DNA of 39,311 bases, from IMG/VR virus record IMGVR_UViG_3300042923_000153, positions 1-39,311 of that record. One strand, written 5' to 3'. Of this stretch, positions 15,972 to 26,025 are shown piece after piece; the stretch's first letter is position 1; each line of letters opens with the position of its first letter. Source of the DNA: a virus (taxonomy: Duplodnaviria > Caudoviricetes). The position numbers and the translations under genes are program-made. The notes below the pieces were generated by a model, which was not told the origin of the DNA, did no database searches, and saw only the letters and a list, made by a program, of their open reading frames with translations.

Positions 15972-17519
15972 TTAATCGCCACCTCTACCATATTCTAGCA
16001 ATTCGTCTGTATTTATAGGTTGGTAAACTTCTCGTGGTGATACTTGTCTAGGTTGTTGTTGACCGCCTCTGTTCTGTTCTTCCCATACCATGTCATTAAT
16101 AATTTGCTCTGGCGCCCCGTTATTTCTCATGTTTGCTATCATTCCGTCAATACGATTATCGCCTGTGTTTTGTACGGCTCCGCCACCACCGCCACCTTCA
16201 CCACCATACCCTAACTCTTGCGCTAATTGTGCAGCTAATTGAGGATTGTTTTGTACTCTTGTCATTACAGGCTTACCACTGTAATCCGTTTCTCCAGTAG
16301 GTTGCAATGAATAGCCAGATGCCCATTTATACATGGACATTTTTTGCGCTGATGTACCACCAACACCACTACCGCCTCTAGCTGCTAATGCTGATCTTGA
16401 ATTTGCAGCAGATATATCTTGACCTCTCATGGTAATATCTTGCCCTCTGCGCGTTAACTCGCCTTGTTGTTTCTCGCCAGGAGACAGCTGCTTTTCTGTC
16501 CACTCTCCGGCATTGCCAGGTACAGCCATTTGGAAAGATCCATCGTCAAAGCGTTCACCATTCTTCTTAACCATTACGTAACGATACGCACCGCCATTAT
16601 CTTCTTTCTGCATGACAACATCGCCTTGGCTCATTAGTTCTTTCATAAGTCCAAGGTCTGCACCTTCACGCCCTATGCGCTTCATTCCCTGATTATATTG
16701 TGCAAGAGTAGCAATAAACTTTGCTTTACTACCGCTTGTTTGAAAGTCCATATTCATGAATTGATCTAACTTGCTGTCTAAACTTTGAGCATATTCTTCT
16801 GCTTTATTGTTAAAGTCTTCTTCTGTTCTTTTATTTACTGTATCTTGAACGAGAGAAAATGCGTCTCTAGCTGGCATTCCTCTTTTAACTAATTCTTTTA
16901 TAGCAGCAGCAGATTGATCTTTATACTGCTTTGCAATGTTAGTTCTAACGGGTGCTGCCAATTGGTTAGTGGTAGTTTGATTGTTTTTAACAGGCGTAGG
17001 CGATAAATCTACTGCATTACCAGACGCTGTAACAGTATCATTCTGTGCGATATCTGGTCTATCACCTACATACACCTTACTTGCAGGATTAACGCCTTGT
17101 CTGTACCATTCTGGGTTTGCTTGTACCGCCTGGGTAAATTGTGCCTGCTGATCGTTAGTTTGTTGGGTTGGTTGTTGCGTGGCAAAAGCTGTGCCATTAG
17201 GACTCAATAGACCTGACATACGTTGCTGTACATTTTGTTGTTGGGGTTGCATTTGCGCAAGTTGTTGAGCTCCTAAATTCTGCGCTGTTGGCTGCTGCGA
17301 TTGATCGCCATACTGAGGCGCAAAGTTTATATTTGGCATTTGTGCAGGGTTTGGTAGTAACCCTGTTTGTTCTGTTGGGGTTGGACTTCTTATTCCTTCA
17401 ATAGTATTGGCAATTGCAGCTTCATTACGCTGTCTGGCATTGTTCCCCATAATCGTCCCAATCAACCCAAATAATCCTTCATATGGATTAATCCCTGGTG
17501 TTGACATTCTGTAGTTCAT
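15972..17519 (-). CDS. DNA ejection protein (Q/G-rich)
   Basis: Position, low complexity, RRGQDITMRGQDIS repeat typical of pilot proteins. Confidence 0.7.
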   Translation of the reverse strand: MNYRMSTPGINPYEGLFGLIGTIMGNNARQRNEAAIANTIEGIRSPTPTEQTGLLPNPAQMPNINFAPQYGDQSQQPTAQNLGAQQLAQMQPQQQNVQQRMSGLLSPNGTAFATQQPTQQTNDQQAQFTQAVQANPEWYRQGVNPASKVYVGDRPDIAQNDTVTASGNAVDLSPTPVKNNQTTTNQLAAPVRTNIAKQYKDQSAAAIKELVKRGMPARDAFSLVQDTVNKRTEEDFNNKAEEYAQSLDSKLDQFMNMDFQTSGSKAKFIATLAQYNQGMKRIGREGADLGLMKELMSQGDVVMQKEDNGGAYRYVMVKKNGERFDDGSFQMAVPGNAGEWTEKQLSPGEKQQGELTRRGQDITMRGQDISAANSRSALAARGGSGVGGTSAQKMSMYKWASGYSLQPTGETDYSGKPVMTRVQNNPQLAAQLAQELGYGGEGGGGGGAVQNTGDNRIDGMIANMRNNGAPEQIINDMVWEEQNRGGQQQPRQVSPREVYQPINTDELLEYGRGGD

Positions 17520-17530
17520 ATTTTCACCTC

Positions 17531-18565
17531 CTACCCTTTCGCTCCATAATAGCTACCTACACCGCTCAGTAACCCACCTAACAATCCAGTGCCAGACGTT
17601 TTCTGTGTAGTGGTCTTATCCGCTATACGATTTCCTGACAGCGTGTTTAGCAGACTTGATGTATCGGACTGTTGACCTTGACTGAGTGCAAGGAGTTTGG
17701 CTGGTATGTCAATACTGGCATTTTGTGCGCTGTTTGCAAGTGCCATAGGTTGAGATAATAATCCACTCTGTTGACTAATTGCATCGCCCTGTTGACCCAA
17801 TAAACCACTGTTCATATTAATAAGGTTCTGTTGATTGGCAAAATCTTGTTGTTGTAGTCCCATTAGTCCGGTATTAATACCGCTTTGATTCGTGAATCCC
17901 ATTTGCTGTTGATTAGCATTTTGATTCTGCAATGCTGCTGCTTGTGCCATGTTCTGGTTATAGTTTTGAGATAATGTATTGGCAACAGAATCACTAATTC
18001 CTTGTATCCCTGTATTTGTAACACTTGAATTAATTATTCCACGACTCATTTTGTCGGCAAGCATATCGCCCATTGCCGTATTAGCTCCACGGTTAATCGC
18101 ATATTGTTGATTAGCAGCATAAGCAGCGGGTAGTTCGCCATTCATTAATGGTTGCATGGTTTGAGCGTTATTTGTAGTATTCGTTTTATTAGTAGCTGTT
18201 TGATCTGCATACATTTTTGTTCCAGCCTGTAAATTTTGGTTGCTAACACCTTTTAGTGCGTCAACTTGGTTTCCTAAGTCTTCGTAGCCTCTATATGTAT
18301 CAGCAGTACGATTTTGCAAGTCGTATGCTTGTTGCGTAGCCTTATTACCTAACTGACCGTAATCTACTGGAACTACTCCGGGATTGCTAAGTATCATATT
18401 TGCGCCCATACTTTGCAATGCTAGTGCTGTTGGTGCTGTTTTCTCTGCATAGTTTGCTTGTACGTCCTGTAGTCTTAGTTCCTGTGCTGTTGGCTTTGCG
18501 GATTGGACAGTAGTAGAACTACCGCCTTTGCCGCCAAATAATTGTAAGTTGAAGTTAAATGTCAT
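17531..18565 (-). CDS. DNA ejection/pilot protein (P22 gp7-like) with Prp-type N-terminal motif
   Basis: MTFNFNLQLF-GGKGGSSTTVQ start; Q/N-rich body; GLLGGLLSGVGSYY C-terminus. Confidence 0.7.
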   Translation of the reverse strand: MTFNFNLQLFGGKGGSSTTVQSAKPTAQELRLQDVQANYAEKTAPTALALQSMGANMILSNPGVVPVDYGQLGNKATQQAYDLQNRTADTYRGYEDLGNQVDALKGVSNQNLQAGTKMYADQTATNKTNTTNNAQTMQPLMNGELPAAYAANQQYAINRGANTAMGDMLADKMSRGIINSSVTNTGIQGISDSVANTLSQNYNQNMAQAAALQNQNANQQQMGFTNQSGINTGLMGLQQQDFANQQNLINMNSGLLGQQGDAISQQSGLLSQPMALANSAQNASIDIPAKLLALSQGQQSDTSSLLNTLSGNRIADKTTTQKTSGTGLLGGLLSGVGSYYGAKG

Positions 18566-18576
18566 ATATCCACCTC

Positions 18577-18945
18577 CTATTTAAGACTTGAAACTAAGCC
18601 ATTTAGCATAAAATAACGCCGTCCTTCATGTTCATAATCGAACTCAGGTAGGCGTTCCATTTTCCATTTGCGAATATGCATTTTAGGATTGCGCGTTGTT
18701 GATGTGACTATTTGCGTGATGCCAGCTTCCTTGCAGACTTCACGGATAAAATCGCCGAAATGTATCATTTCACCATAAGTCTGATTGATAAAGAAAAAAG
18801 GAACTCCATTGTGAAGTCCCAATTTCCAAATCATGAATTCATTTGATGGTAATATTTTGATTGCGCAATCTTGTGGTTGTTCGAACGTTTCCCCTGTAAT
18901 TCTTTCGTAATCAGCAATAGCTTCATCAATACTAGATAGTTTCAT
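18577..18945 (-). CDS. GNAT-like virion assembly protein
   Basis: Sits just before the ejection genes as in podoviruses; TTRNPK.HIRKW motif. Confidence 0.45.
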   Translation of the reverse strand: MKLSSIDEAIADYERITGETFEQPQDCAIKILPSNEFMIWKLGLHNGVPFFFINQTYGEMIHFGDFIREVCKEAGITQIVTSTTRNPKMHIRKWKMERLPEFDYEHEGRRYFMLNGLVSSLK

Positions 18946-19093
18946 CTTGATTTACCGACGTATCAATAATAATAGGATTGTTAAACTTACTTAAACATTC
19001 ATTGCATTTATACCAACCTACTCCAATTTTAGGATATGGAACAATGTCTTGACTTGCACAATAAGGACAATACATTTCGATGGTTTCAGTCAA
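18932..19093 (-). CDS. Zinc-ribbon small protein (53 aa)
   Basis: Hand-translated; CPYC...CNEC; RBS GGAGG. Confidence 0.55.
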   Translation of the reverse strand: MTETIEMYCPYCASQDIVPYPKIGVGWYKCNECLSKFNNPIIIDTSVNQDETI

Positions 19094-19460
19094 CTTCTAA
19101 CGCCTCCAATTCAGTATTTTTTTGAGTAACTAAAGCATTATACTTAACCTGATTACTAGCAATCTTCGTAGCTTGTGTTGCTCCATCAGATGCCATTGCA
19201 GTAACAATTAAATCTTTATAGTAATCTAATTTAGGTTGATATTTAGCGTTTATTATTGACATTTTTTCTTCTAGCGTTGGAACGTATGGAGGATCTGGGT
19301 CTGGTGGTGGTATAGGAGTAACCATTCCATTAACGATTTTGTTTTTCGTCCAGTCAACGAAAGATCCATCTTCCATTAAAGTGGCATATCCTTCTTTTTC
19401 TTCATTTATTTTTATGTCGATTATGCAATCGTTTAATATTAAATATCTGTAAATATCCAT
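19086..19460 (-). CDS. Tail fibre assembly/chaperone-like protein
   Basis: Follows fibre genes; Pro-rich linker then helical C-terminus. Confidence 0.5.
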   Translation of the reverse strand: MDIYRYLILNDCIIDIKINEEKEGYATLMEDGSFVDWTKNKIVNGMVTPIPPPDPDPPYVPTLEEKMSIINAKYQPKLDYYKDLIVTAMASDGATQATKIASNQVKYNALVTQKNTELEALEVD

Positions 19461-19945
19461 TAAGTTCCTCCTGACATAAATTGTTCTTCGGCAGATGAAT
19501 CGCCTAAAATCTCAAATTGCCCAACAGCAATAAAAGCAGCTACTGTGGCTGTTATGTTTATTTTGCATTTTGTATAACCAAGCGTATTGTTAAACGAAAA
19601 ATATGTTTTAGTGTCAGCTACCCACGATGTTTGATTAGTTCGAGTATCTAAAACAACCCAAGCACTACCATTCCAACCTTCAATTGTCCAATTTTTTGGA
19701 GCATTATTTACAGAAGGAACATAAATATTGTATTCCTTAAACGTTTTACTAATTGTAAAATCATATACTACATTGCCAGTATTTGATAAAACGTACCAAT
19801 AATTTGATCCGTTATTAATGCCGTCAAAAATCCTCCAACCTTCGTAACCTGTTGTTTGGTAACCGCTATCAGTTACTAAGCCAATCGGTGTATTATAGCT
19901 CGTCATAGCAGGTGTTAAGCACCTTCCATCTCTAAAAAAAGCCAT
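19460..19945 (-). CDS. Discoidin/F5-8 type C carbohydrate-binding domain, probable receptor-binding protein
   Basis: LTPAMTSYNTP.G...S...W..FDG...W...APKNWTIEG.NG..W.VLDTR. Confidence 0.75.
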   Translation of the reverse strand: MAFFRDGRCLTPAMTSYNTPIGLVTDSGYQTTGYEGWRIFDGINNGSNYWYVLSNTGNVVYDFTISKTFKEYNIYVPSVNNAPKNWTIEGWNGSAWVVLDTRTNQTSWVADTKTYFSFNNTLGYTKCKINITATVAAFIAVGQFEILGDSSAEEQFMSGGT

Positions 19946-20820
19946 TACCTATTCCCCCACTCTTGCACACAACCAACTTTACAAGCACTCAAACCAGTAC
20001 CATTTACAGAATAAGCAAACAAATCTCTTTTACTAGAAGTGGTTAATCCGCTTGCTGTCCATGAAACAGGAGCAACACTAGAAACAGAAACATTTCCTAC
20101 ATTGTTATCTAGTATTATCCCACCACTTGCGTGTGCTGTTGCCACGGTTCCCAATTGCGCCCTTGCAATAGTAATATTAGTTGATCCACTACCTGCCGTT
20201 AGTTTTATAACTTCTGGAATTCCATTAGAATCTATTAATACATATGGAGTTCCTGTAAAAGTCATTGCTGTATTTGGTGTCATAATTGTTGCGACATTCG
20301 TTAAGGATGCATGAGTTAGCGATCCAGTTCCAGTAAAAAAATAAATACTTGTAGCACTAGATATTGCACCTTGTGGGTAAAATTTAAAATATTGTCCAGT
20401 GCCGTTCCTTGTCAGTGGCATCAAAGGAGATATATAACCATTGCTGGGGTTGATTATTAAAAATTTTTCTGTCCAAGTAAACCCAAATATTGTTGATAAC
20501 GAAACTGCTGCAGCGTCGTACCAGTTTGTAACTGCGCCTTTAATAGCTAATATTTCTTTTACTATCCACGACAACAATTGTGTTATCGTTCCCGTATTTG
20601 ATGTTTCAGTGGAAATTGTTTGATCAACTGTAGCAGATACGCCCGTTCCAGTAATAATCTTTCCATCACTACCGTTTCCAGTATGTGCATGCGTTGACAT
20701 TATATTGTTTATATCAGTGTATATTTTTTTCGTTTCGTTATCCAAATTCTTTAAAACTTCTTGTGTTTGTTGTGTGCTACTAAACGTATTTGAGAAACCT
20801 TGCGAAAGGCTCATATACAC
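19945..20820 (-). CDS. Tail fibre/spike protein
   Basis: HAHTGNGSDG; T/G/S-rich; E.IK...ITIARAQLGT.A.AH.SG repeat domain. Confidence 0.7.
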   Translation of the reverse strand: MYMSLSQGFSNTFSSTQQTQEVLKNLDNETKKIYTDINNIMSTHAHTGNGSDGKIITGTGVSATVDQTISTETSNTGTITQLLSWIVKEILAIKGAVTNWYDAAAVSLSTIFGFTWTEKFLIINPSNGYISPLMPLTRNGTGQYFKFYPQGAISSATSIYFFTGTGSLTHASLTNVATIMTPNTAMTFTGTPYVLIDSNGIPEVIKLTAGSGSTNITIARAQLGTVATAHASGGIILDNNVGNVSVSSVAPVSWTASGLTTSSKRDLFAYSVNGTGLSACKVGCVQEWGNR

Positions 20821-20826
20821 ACCTCC

Positions 20827-22263
20827 TTATCTTCCGATCTCGACGACATCTATTGACATGTCACGAATTGCCATGCGTCCAGTTTGAACTGTAACAATTA
20901 GTTGTATTGCCAGAGTTCTTTTTCTTGTACGCTTCTTTTTTGTTGTGTAATCGCTTGGTACTACGGGATCTGCGTCTGTATCTGCTATATCCGTATCCGT
21001 GTCCGCAATATCTCCAGTAGATGTAAAAGTAACAGGCAAAACTTTATTACCAACTGATAAAATAAAGTTTCCAGGTAAAAACCCATAACTAACAAAATTA
21101 ATGTATTTCATTAAATATTTTTTGCGTTTAGGCAAGTACCTCTTACTTGCCAATATAGCGGAATAATTAAAGCCATCGTCCGTAGAAACTTTGTCGTCTA
21201 ACTTTCCTATCTTAGTTCCGTATGCAATATAAACATCCATTCCAACTGAACACACATCTCTGATAGGATATTTAAATTGGCGTTTTGTCCATGCGTTAAT
21301 TCCATAGTGATAAATTAGAATTTCGTTTGATAATGCTGTTTTGCACCACACTTGTTTCCTTGATGGTACATGCCACACCCTGGCGTTATCATCAACGTTC
21401 TGCACATACCAGCCATTAATCATATAGCCAGGACTAGGATCGTCAACCTTCACACCACCGTAATCTGTAACAGTGCTAAAGCTGTTAAACCCTTCGTTGC
21501 CAATAAAAAAAGCCTTGTTCATAAGAGCAAGACCGGAGTAATGATTGTATGCGCCTGTACGTTGTGCAGCCGGATAGCAGCCAACGTTAGCAAAGTCGTT
21601 TTCATTTGTTATTCGGTATACGCTGCCACTGGTTTTTATTACAATAGAGTCTGTAGCAAGCTTGATAGTGCAAGCGATTTTACTCGCGTCCTTATATCCT
21701 ACATTTACAAACTGAGCACTCGAAATATCAGTAGGTACATTTGTCCAGTTTGTGTAGTCACCAATCCCTGAGTAACTTTTCTTATCTGAATTAATATCTA
21801 TACTCTCTACTCTGCCGTTATTGTGTGCAACGTAATGGCTAATTGGACTACCTGCAACCGTTGATAATGTCGTCCCATCCCATTTTTGTATTAATCCACC
21901 GCTGGCAATCAGTATAATGGTATCGTATAAAGCATAGATTGGCTTGTACGTGCCTGTAAGTGTACCTAGAAGCGTCTTCGTTGTTAAGTTGGATGAATAT
22001 AAGTTAACACCGCTAGAAATTAGCCAGATGCCATGCACGGCATCATAAAACATAGTATCTACATCTGACACAACGTCAAACTGCGTTACCACGCCAGGGC
22101 ATACTTGAGGCTGATTAAGTAGCGTACCATACTCCCAATTATCCATTTGGCACACATAGTTGTCTGGTATGCTCTCAGGGTTAGCTATAAGGCATAATCC
22201 ACCCATAATGTTCTGTAGGCTGATAGTAAACTGTGTAGGGTTTTTAGTGCTTTGTACTGGCAA
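20827..22263 (-). CDS. Tail nozzle / DNA stabilisation protein (P22 gp10/T7 gp12-like)
   Basis: GGL...NPESIPDN...DN start, beta-rich body, position after adaptors. Confidence 0.7.
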   Translation of the reverse strand: MPVQSTKNPTQFTISLQNIMGGLCLIANPESIPDNYVCQMDNWEYGTLLNQPQVCPGVVTQFDVVSDVDTMFYDAVHGIWLISSGVNLYSSNLTTKTLLGTLTGTYKPIYALYDTIILIASGGLIQKWDGTTLSTVAGSPISHYVAHNNGRVESIDINSDKKSYSGIGDYTNWTNVPTDISSAQFVNVGYKDASKIACTIKLATDSIVIKTSGSVYRITNENDFANVGCYPAAQRTGAYNHYSGLALMNKAFFIGNEGFNSFSTVTDYGGVKVDDPSPGYMINGWYVQNVDDNARVWHVPSRKQVWCKTALSNEILIYHYGINAWTKRQFKYPIRDVCSVGMDVYIAYGTKIGKLDDKVSTDDGFNYSAILASKRYLPKRKKYLMKYINFVSYGFLPGNFILSVGNKVLPVTFTSTGDIADTDTDIADTDADPVVPSDYTTKKKRTRKRTLAIQLIVTVQTGRMAIRDMSIDVVEIGR

Positions 22264-22266
22264 TTT

Positions 22267-22743
22267 CTAACCCCCTTTAGCGGAAAATAATACCGTTTCG
22301 TCAGATGTAGCAAGTCCGATATCCTGTGCAACATTAGCCTCAAAATCATTGTTAATATGTATCGCTACATAATCTACTATCTCACTGACACAGTAGTCAG
22401 GCAATGGGATTACATCCGATATAGCGGTCAATAGAGGCTTAAAGGTGGAATATTTAAATACAACGCTAGGAGGTGCTCCATAAGCTAGTGATATGGTATT
22501 CCCAGCACAAATTAATGGGTATGCTGCCTTTTGTGGGATAAACGCAAAGAAGTCGGCAGGTTTGGCAATCGTGCCTGTAATTGTCATTTGCTTTACAACC
22601 TCTGGATCATTAACCTTGATTAGTCCGTTATTGATCCTTGCTATTGAGGCGTTAATATGCAGAATCATTACCTCTGGAAAATAATCATCGACATCAAGGT
22701 CAAGGCGTTTGGCTACTAGGTTTATAACGTCTGATACTAACAT
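22267..22743 (-). CDS. Head-tail adaptor-like protein
   Basis: Helical N-terminus, ..P.DF.., DVIPLPD....IVDY. Confidence 0.55.
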   Translation of the reverse strand: MLVSDVINLVAKRLDLDVDDYFPEVMILHINASIARINNGLIKVNDPEVVKQMTITGTIAKPADFFAFIPQKAAYPLICAGNTISLAYGAPPSVVFKYSTFKPLLTAISDVIPLPDYCVSEIVDYVAIHINNDFEANVAQDIGLATSDETVLFSAKGG

Positions 22744-23351
22744 TAGTTGTAATCCCTCCCACCATCACAGTCAGAGTAATAACCATTAATAACTGTTACT
22801 CCTGTTTCAATACCGCCAAGCAACTTACCAATCGTTGCATTATACTCTGCAACTAAATCAAAACTACCATTTGTTAACATTGCAACAACATATCTAACAA
22901 GCAATTGCTCTACGTCTGTTTGGTAACCGCTATCGTCAATATCTTGCATTGTAACGCTTTCAGGGATGTATGTTATCTCATATGAGTATGTTTTATCAGG
23001 AATTGGATAAAGTTTTAATGTATTTGTACCTATCATGTAATACGCTCTAGGTTCTCCAGTTATCGTCTTATCTTGAATAGCTGTCATAGCAAATTTATTG
23101 ATCGGCTTTTTATTAACGCGAACATCAATAAGTTTAATAGGCTTTTTAACCATGGTAATTGATTCGCCAGCATCTACATTATCCGTAACTTCTTCCGCCA
23201 ATTGCATCGGCATATTATCAAGGATTGTTTTTCTTAGAAGTTTATTGCCTTTGTTGTATTGATCCATTAACACGTATGGACTATATACTGTTCCGTCAAT
23301 GTCTTGTAACTCATACCTCATACTAAGAAGTAATTCACCTATGATGCTCAT
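22743..23351 (-). CDS. Head-tail adaptor protein
   Basis: GEPRAYY.....LKLYPIPD motif of podoviral adaptors. Confidence 0.7.
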   Translation of the reverse strand: MSIIGELLLSMRYELQDIDGTVYSPYVLMDQYNKGNKLLRKTILDNMPMQLAEEVTDNVDAGESITMVKKPIKLIDVRVNKKPINKFAMTAIQDKTITGEPRAYYMIGTNTLKLYPIPDKTYSYEITYIPESVTMQDIDDSGYQTDVEQLLVRYVVAMLTNGSFDLVAEYNATIGKLLGGIETGVTVINGYYSDCDGGRDYN

Positions 23352-23366
23352 TTCTCACCTCCATAT

Positions 23367-23390
23367 AAAGAAAAGGAGGGTTTCCCCTCC
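23367..23390 (-). terminator. Terminator after the capsid genes
   Basis: GGAGGG-GAAA-CCCTCC-TTTTCTTT. Confidence 0.85.
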
Positions 23391-23395
23391 GTTAA

Positions 23396-23863
23396 TCAAG
23401 TCGTGAATGTCAATACACAAGTTGTTGCGCTAATAGCTACGTTTAACAAACCTTGCTGTGCTACTGCTGTAGCTGTAAGTGTCGCTGTTTCCGCATTAAG
23501 CCAAGCAGCTGCATTGCCTGACAATGTTACAGTTAACGCACCGTCTGTCATGTAATGCGCTCCTGCTGCTGGTGAAATTGCTGCTGTACCTGCTGTTGAT
23601 GTGTCAGCAACTGCCAAAGTTACAGGACCAGAATACCATTTATGACGTTCTCCGTCTGCTGTTTCCAAGCTAACAACAACCGATTGGCTCCACGCTGCTG
23701 ACGTTGGTGCAGGCGTTGCAGTTGCTGGTGTTACTTTTAATACAATGTCACCAGATAATGCTTTCATAAACGCTTTCATATCTGCAATAGTTCCAGTCAT
23801 TCCACCAGTACACATGTCAGTTCTAAGTTGTTCCATTCCTGGATTATACGTTACTCCTGCCAT
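23396..23863 (-). CDS. Probable capsid decoration protein (Ig-like, A/T-rich)
   Basis: Coupled to the capsid gene and upstream of its terminator. Confidence 0.5.
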   Translation of the reverse strand: MAGVTYNPGMEQLRTDMCTGGMTGTIADMKAFMKALSGDIVLKVTPATATPAPTSAAWSQSVVVSLETADGERHKWYSGPVTLAVADTSTAGTAAISPAAGAHYMTDGALTVTLSGNAAAWLNAETATLTATAVAQQGLLNVAISATTCVLTFTT

Positions 23864-24837
23864 TAGTCTGCTGCACCACCAGTCATAACCTGAATAATTC
23901 CATAGTCTTTGGAATTATAAACAGATTTCTTAATACCGTTCCAGAATGCAATACCTTGTCCTAATACGTTGCCGTAATCAGTTGACTCTTTGATTGGTGT
24001 CATTTCTTTAGCTACTGCATAGCAAGCAGCCTGTTTCCCAAGCAACAAGTTATGAGAAACTAATGCACTAGATGCACCTGTAGCAGTTACGCTAACACGT
24101 TCCCACTCGTAAATAACTACTCCATCCCAAATGCCAAGCATACCGCTGAAAATAGGATTGTCTTTGCCGTCACGGACGTTTGCTTGTTGCTGTGCTGCAA
24201 TCCATACAGAGTCAGTACGTAAGTCTCTAGCAGCTTCTAAAGATACTAACATACAATAGTATTCGCCACCGTCAATTTTGAAAGGCATAACTTTAGGAGC
24301 ATGTTTCTTAGCTCTACGTTTTGCTTTAGAAATTAAAGTAGTAGTTAATTTGTCAGATGCAGTTATAGCAACCTCAGTGCCAGCAGCGGCAGCACTCATC
24401 CATTCGCCAGCAGTTGATGTGCCAGTAGGAGAAGCTGTCAACTTGGAAATCAAGGTTTTATCCTGCCAGTTCCCAAACCATGTTACAAGGCTGTCTTTAA
24501 TCTCAGGCCATTGCTCGTACACTGGTTTTTGAGTATCCCATTCAGTACTAGATACCGCTTGTCTTGTTTGGTCGATTTCTACCGTGAAGTCATAGACAAC
24601 CAACGCTTCTTCACTGCCAAGCAAGGTGTTATTACCTGTTACTCCATCACCAACCAATTCCATTTTTAAAGGGAATGTGATGCTTAACCCCTTCTTGCCT
24701 ACCAACTCGCTATTCTTATGAACTGGCAAGCTACCGTCTTTAGCAGTAAGTTTGTTAAACCAAGAAGCGGTTTGACCTTCTTTATTTACTTTAGACACCC
24801 ATAGTTTAGGTATTAACGCTGTATTAATTGTATTCAT
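23863..24837 (-). CDS. Major capsid protein, N4-gp56 family
   Basis: G.GVTGNNTL.G.EE.L......IDQ.R.AV; NPIFSG.LG.WDGVVIYE; DYGN..G..I. Confidence 0.88.
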   Translation of the reverse strand: MNTINTALIPKLWVSKVNKEGQTASWFNKLTAKDGSLPVHKNSELVGKKGLSITFPLKMELVGDGVTGNNTLLGSEEALVVYDFTVEIDQTRQAVSSTEWDTQKPVYEQWPEIKDSLVTWFGNWQDKTLISKLTASPTGTSTAGEWMSAAAAGTEVAITASDKLTTTLISKAKRRAKKHAPKVMPFKIDGGEYYCMLVSLEAARDLRTDSVWIAAQQQANVRDGKDNPIFSGMLGIWDGVVIYEWERVSVTATGASSALVSHNLLLGKQAACYAVAKEMTPIKESTDYGNVLGQGIAFWNGIKKSVYNSKDYGIIQVMTGGAAD

Positions 24838-24851
24838 TCATTTCTCTCCTC

Positions 24852-25853
24852 TTATTCTAATAATCTTTTATCAATTTGAGCTAACATATCTTTCGGTATC
24901 TGGTCGATATCGCCAGAACGGATTAAACCTTCAACTTGCGCCCAACTCATTGCAGAAGTCTTTGAACCACTTAAATTTTGCGACCTAGGCAATCCTGCTG
25001 CTTTATCCAGCGGTGACGTTGTAGGTGCAACTGTGGCTGTTGTATTTGGTTCTGTATTTGTTGTTTGATTTGTGCTATTCATTTTTGCTCTGCATTCAGC
25101 AGCAAACGACTTTACCGTTTCAATATCATCTTTACTACCCGTGCCACGATCAATATTGTTAAACGCTTGTTCAATCACTCTTGCTCGTTTTCCAGGCAAT
25201 TCATCCAGCTCTGCAATTGCAAACTGATACAAAACAGGGAAATCTTGCTGCGTTTTTAATTCATTGGCAAAGCTGATATTTTGCTGATAAACTTGTGCTT
25301 GTTCTTCGTATTGACGCTCTAGTTTAAGTTCTTCTTTGGCTGTTTCTTTAAGATAATCCCTATATAGTTTAGGGTTATCTATCTGCCAGCCGTAATCATC
25401 AATGTCAACGCTGTTTTCAAGTTTTAACTTTTCTCTTGCTTTGCTATCTGCCATTTTAGCAATCTGTTCTTCAACATTAACTTGTTGTTGAGGTTGCTGT
25501 ACTGGTGTAGGTTGTTGATTTGGTTGCGGTGTAGGTTGTGCGTACTGTGCTTTTAATGCTGCAAGTTCCGCAGCCATTATTTTGTTCTTTTCATTTACTT
25601 CTTTGAACCTATCATAAGGGACATGTTTACTGACTCCATCAGCAGGATTGTTTTGATCTATGGTAATAACGTCACCATCAACGGGTAAATCTTGCTGTGG
25701 ATCAATTACGGTAGGCTCAGCAGGCTCCGGCGTTGCTACTATTGGTTCTTGCGCTGGCTCTTGTTGTGTGGAAAACCCTTGCAAATCTTCATCTGTAAAA
25801 CCTTGTTGTTTTAACGTGTCAACACTCACGGTGTTAATATCATCCATTGTCAA
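24852..25853 (-). CDS. Scaffolding protein
   Basis: Acidic N-terminus, VPYDRFKEVN coiled coil, directly upstream of the capsid gene. Confidence 0.8.
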   Translation of the reverse strand: MTMDDINTVSVDTLKQQGFTDEDLQGFSTQQEPAQEPIVATPEPAEPTVIDPQQDLPVDGDVITIDQNNPADGVSKHVPYDRFKEVNEKNKIMAAELAALKAQYAQPTPQPNQQPTPVQQPQQQVNVEEQIAKMADSKAREKLKLENSVDIDDYGWQIDNPKLYRDYLKETAKEELKLERQYEEQAQVYQQNISFANELKTQQDFPVLYQFAIAELDELPGKRARVIEQAFNNIDRGTGSKDDIETVKSFAAECRAKMNSTNQTTNTEPNTTATVAPTTSPLDKAAGLPRSQNLSGSKTSAMSWAQVEGLIRSGDIDQIPKDMLAQIDKRLLE

Positions 25854-25924
25854 AACTCCTTTTTACGTCACATGGACGAAGTTTATTATGTTGCTTTTAA
25901 CGTCTGTGCTGACGATTGTATAAT

Positions 25925-25950
25925 AAAAAGCGACTACCGTAGTAATCGCT
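25925..25950 (-). terminator. Terminator-like hairpin upstream of the scaffold gene
   Basis: AGCGATTACTACGGTAGTCGCT-TTTT. Confidence 0.6.
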
Positions 25951-26025
25951 CAGTAACACATATAATGTAGTTGTCACCTCCCTAGTGTTCGAGGGGGTTA
26001 GCCTCGGAGTGAGTCGATCACCTCC

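Noticed and set aside
19460-20820. Diversity-generating retroelement or invertible tail-fibre system
   Set aside because: No reverse transcriptase, invertase or TR/VR repeat pair seen
20968-21015. DIADTD repeat in the nozzle gene
   Set aside because: Short protein-level repeat with diverged codons; no sign of a DNA-level function
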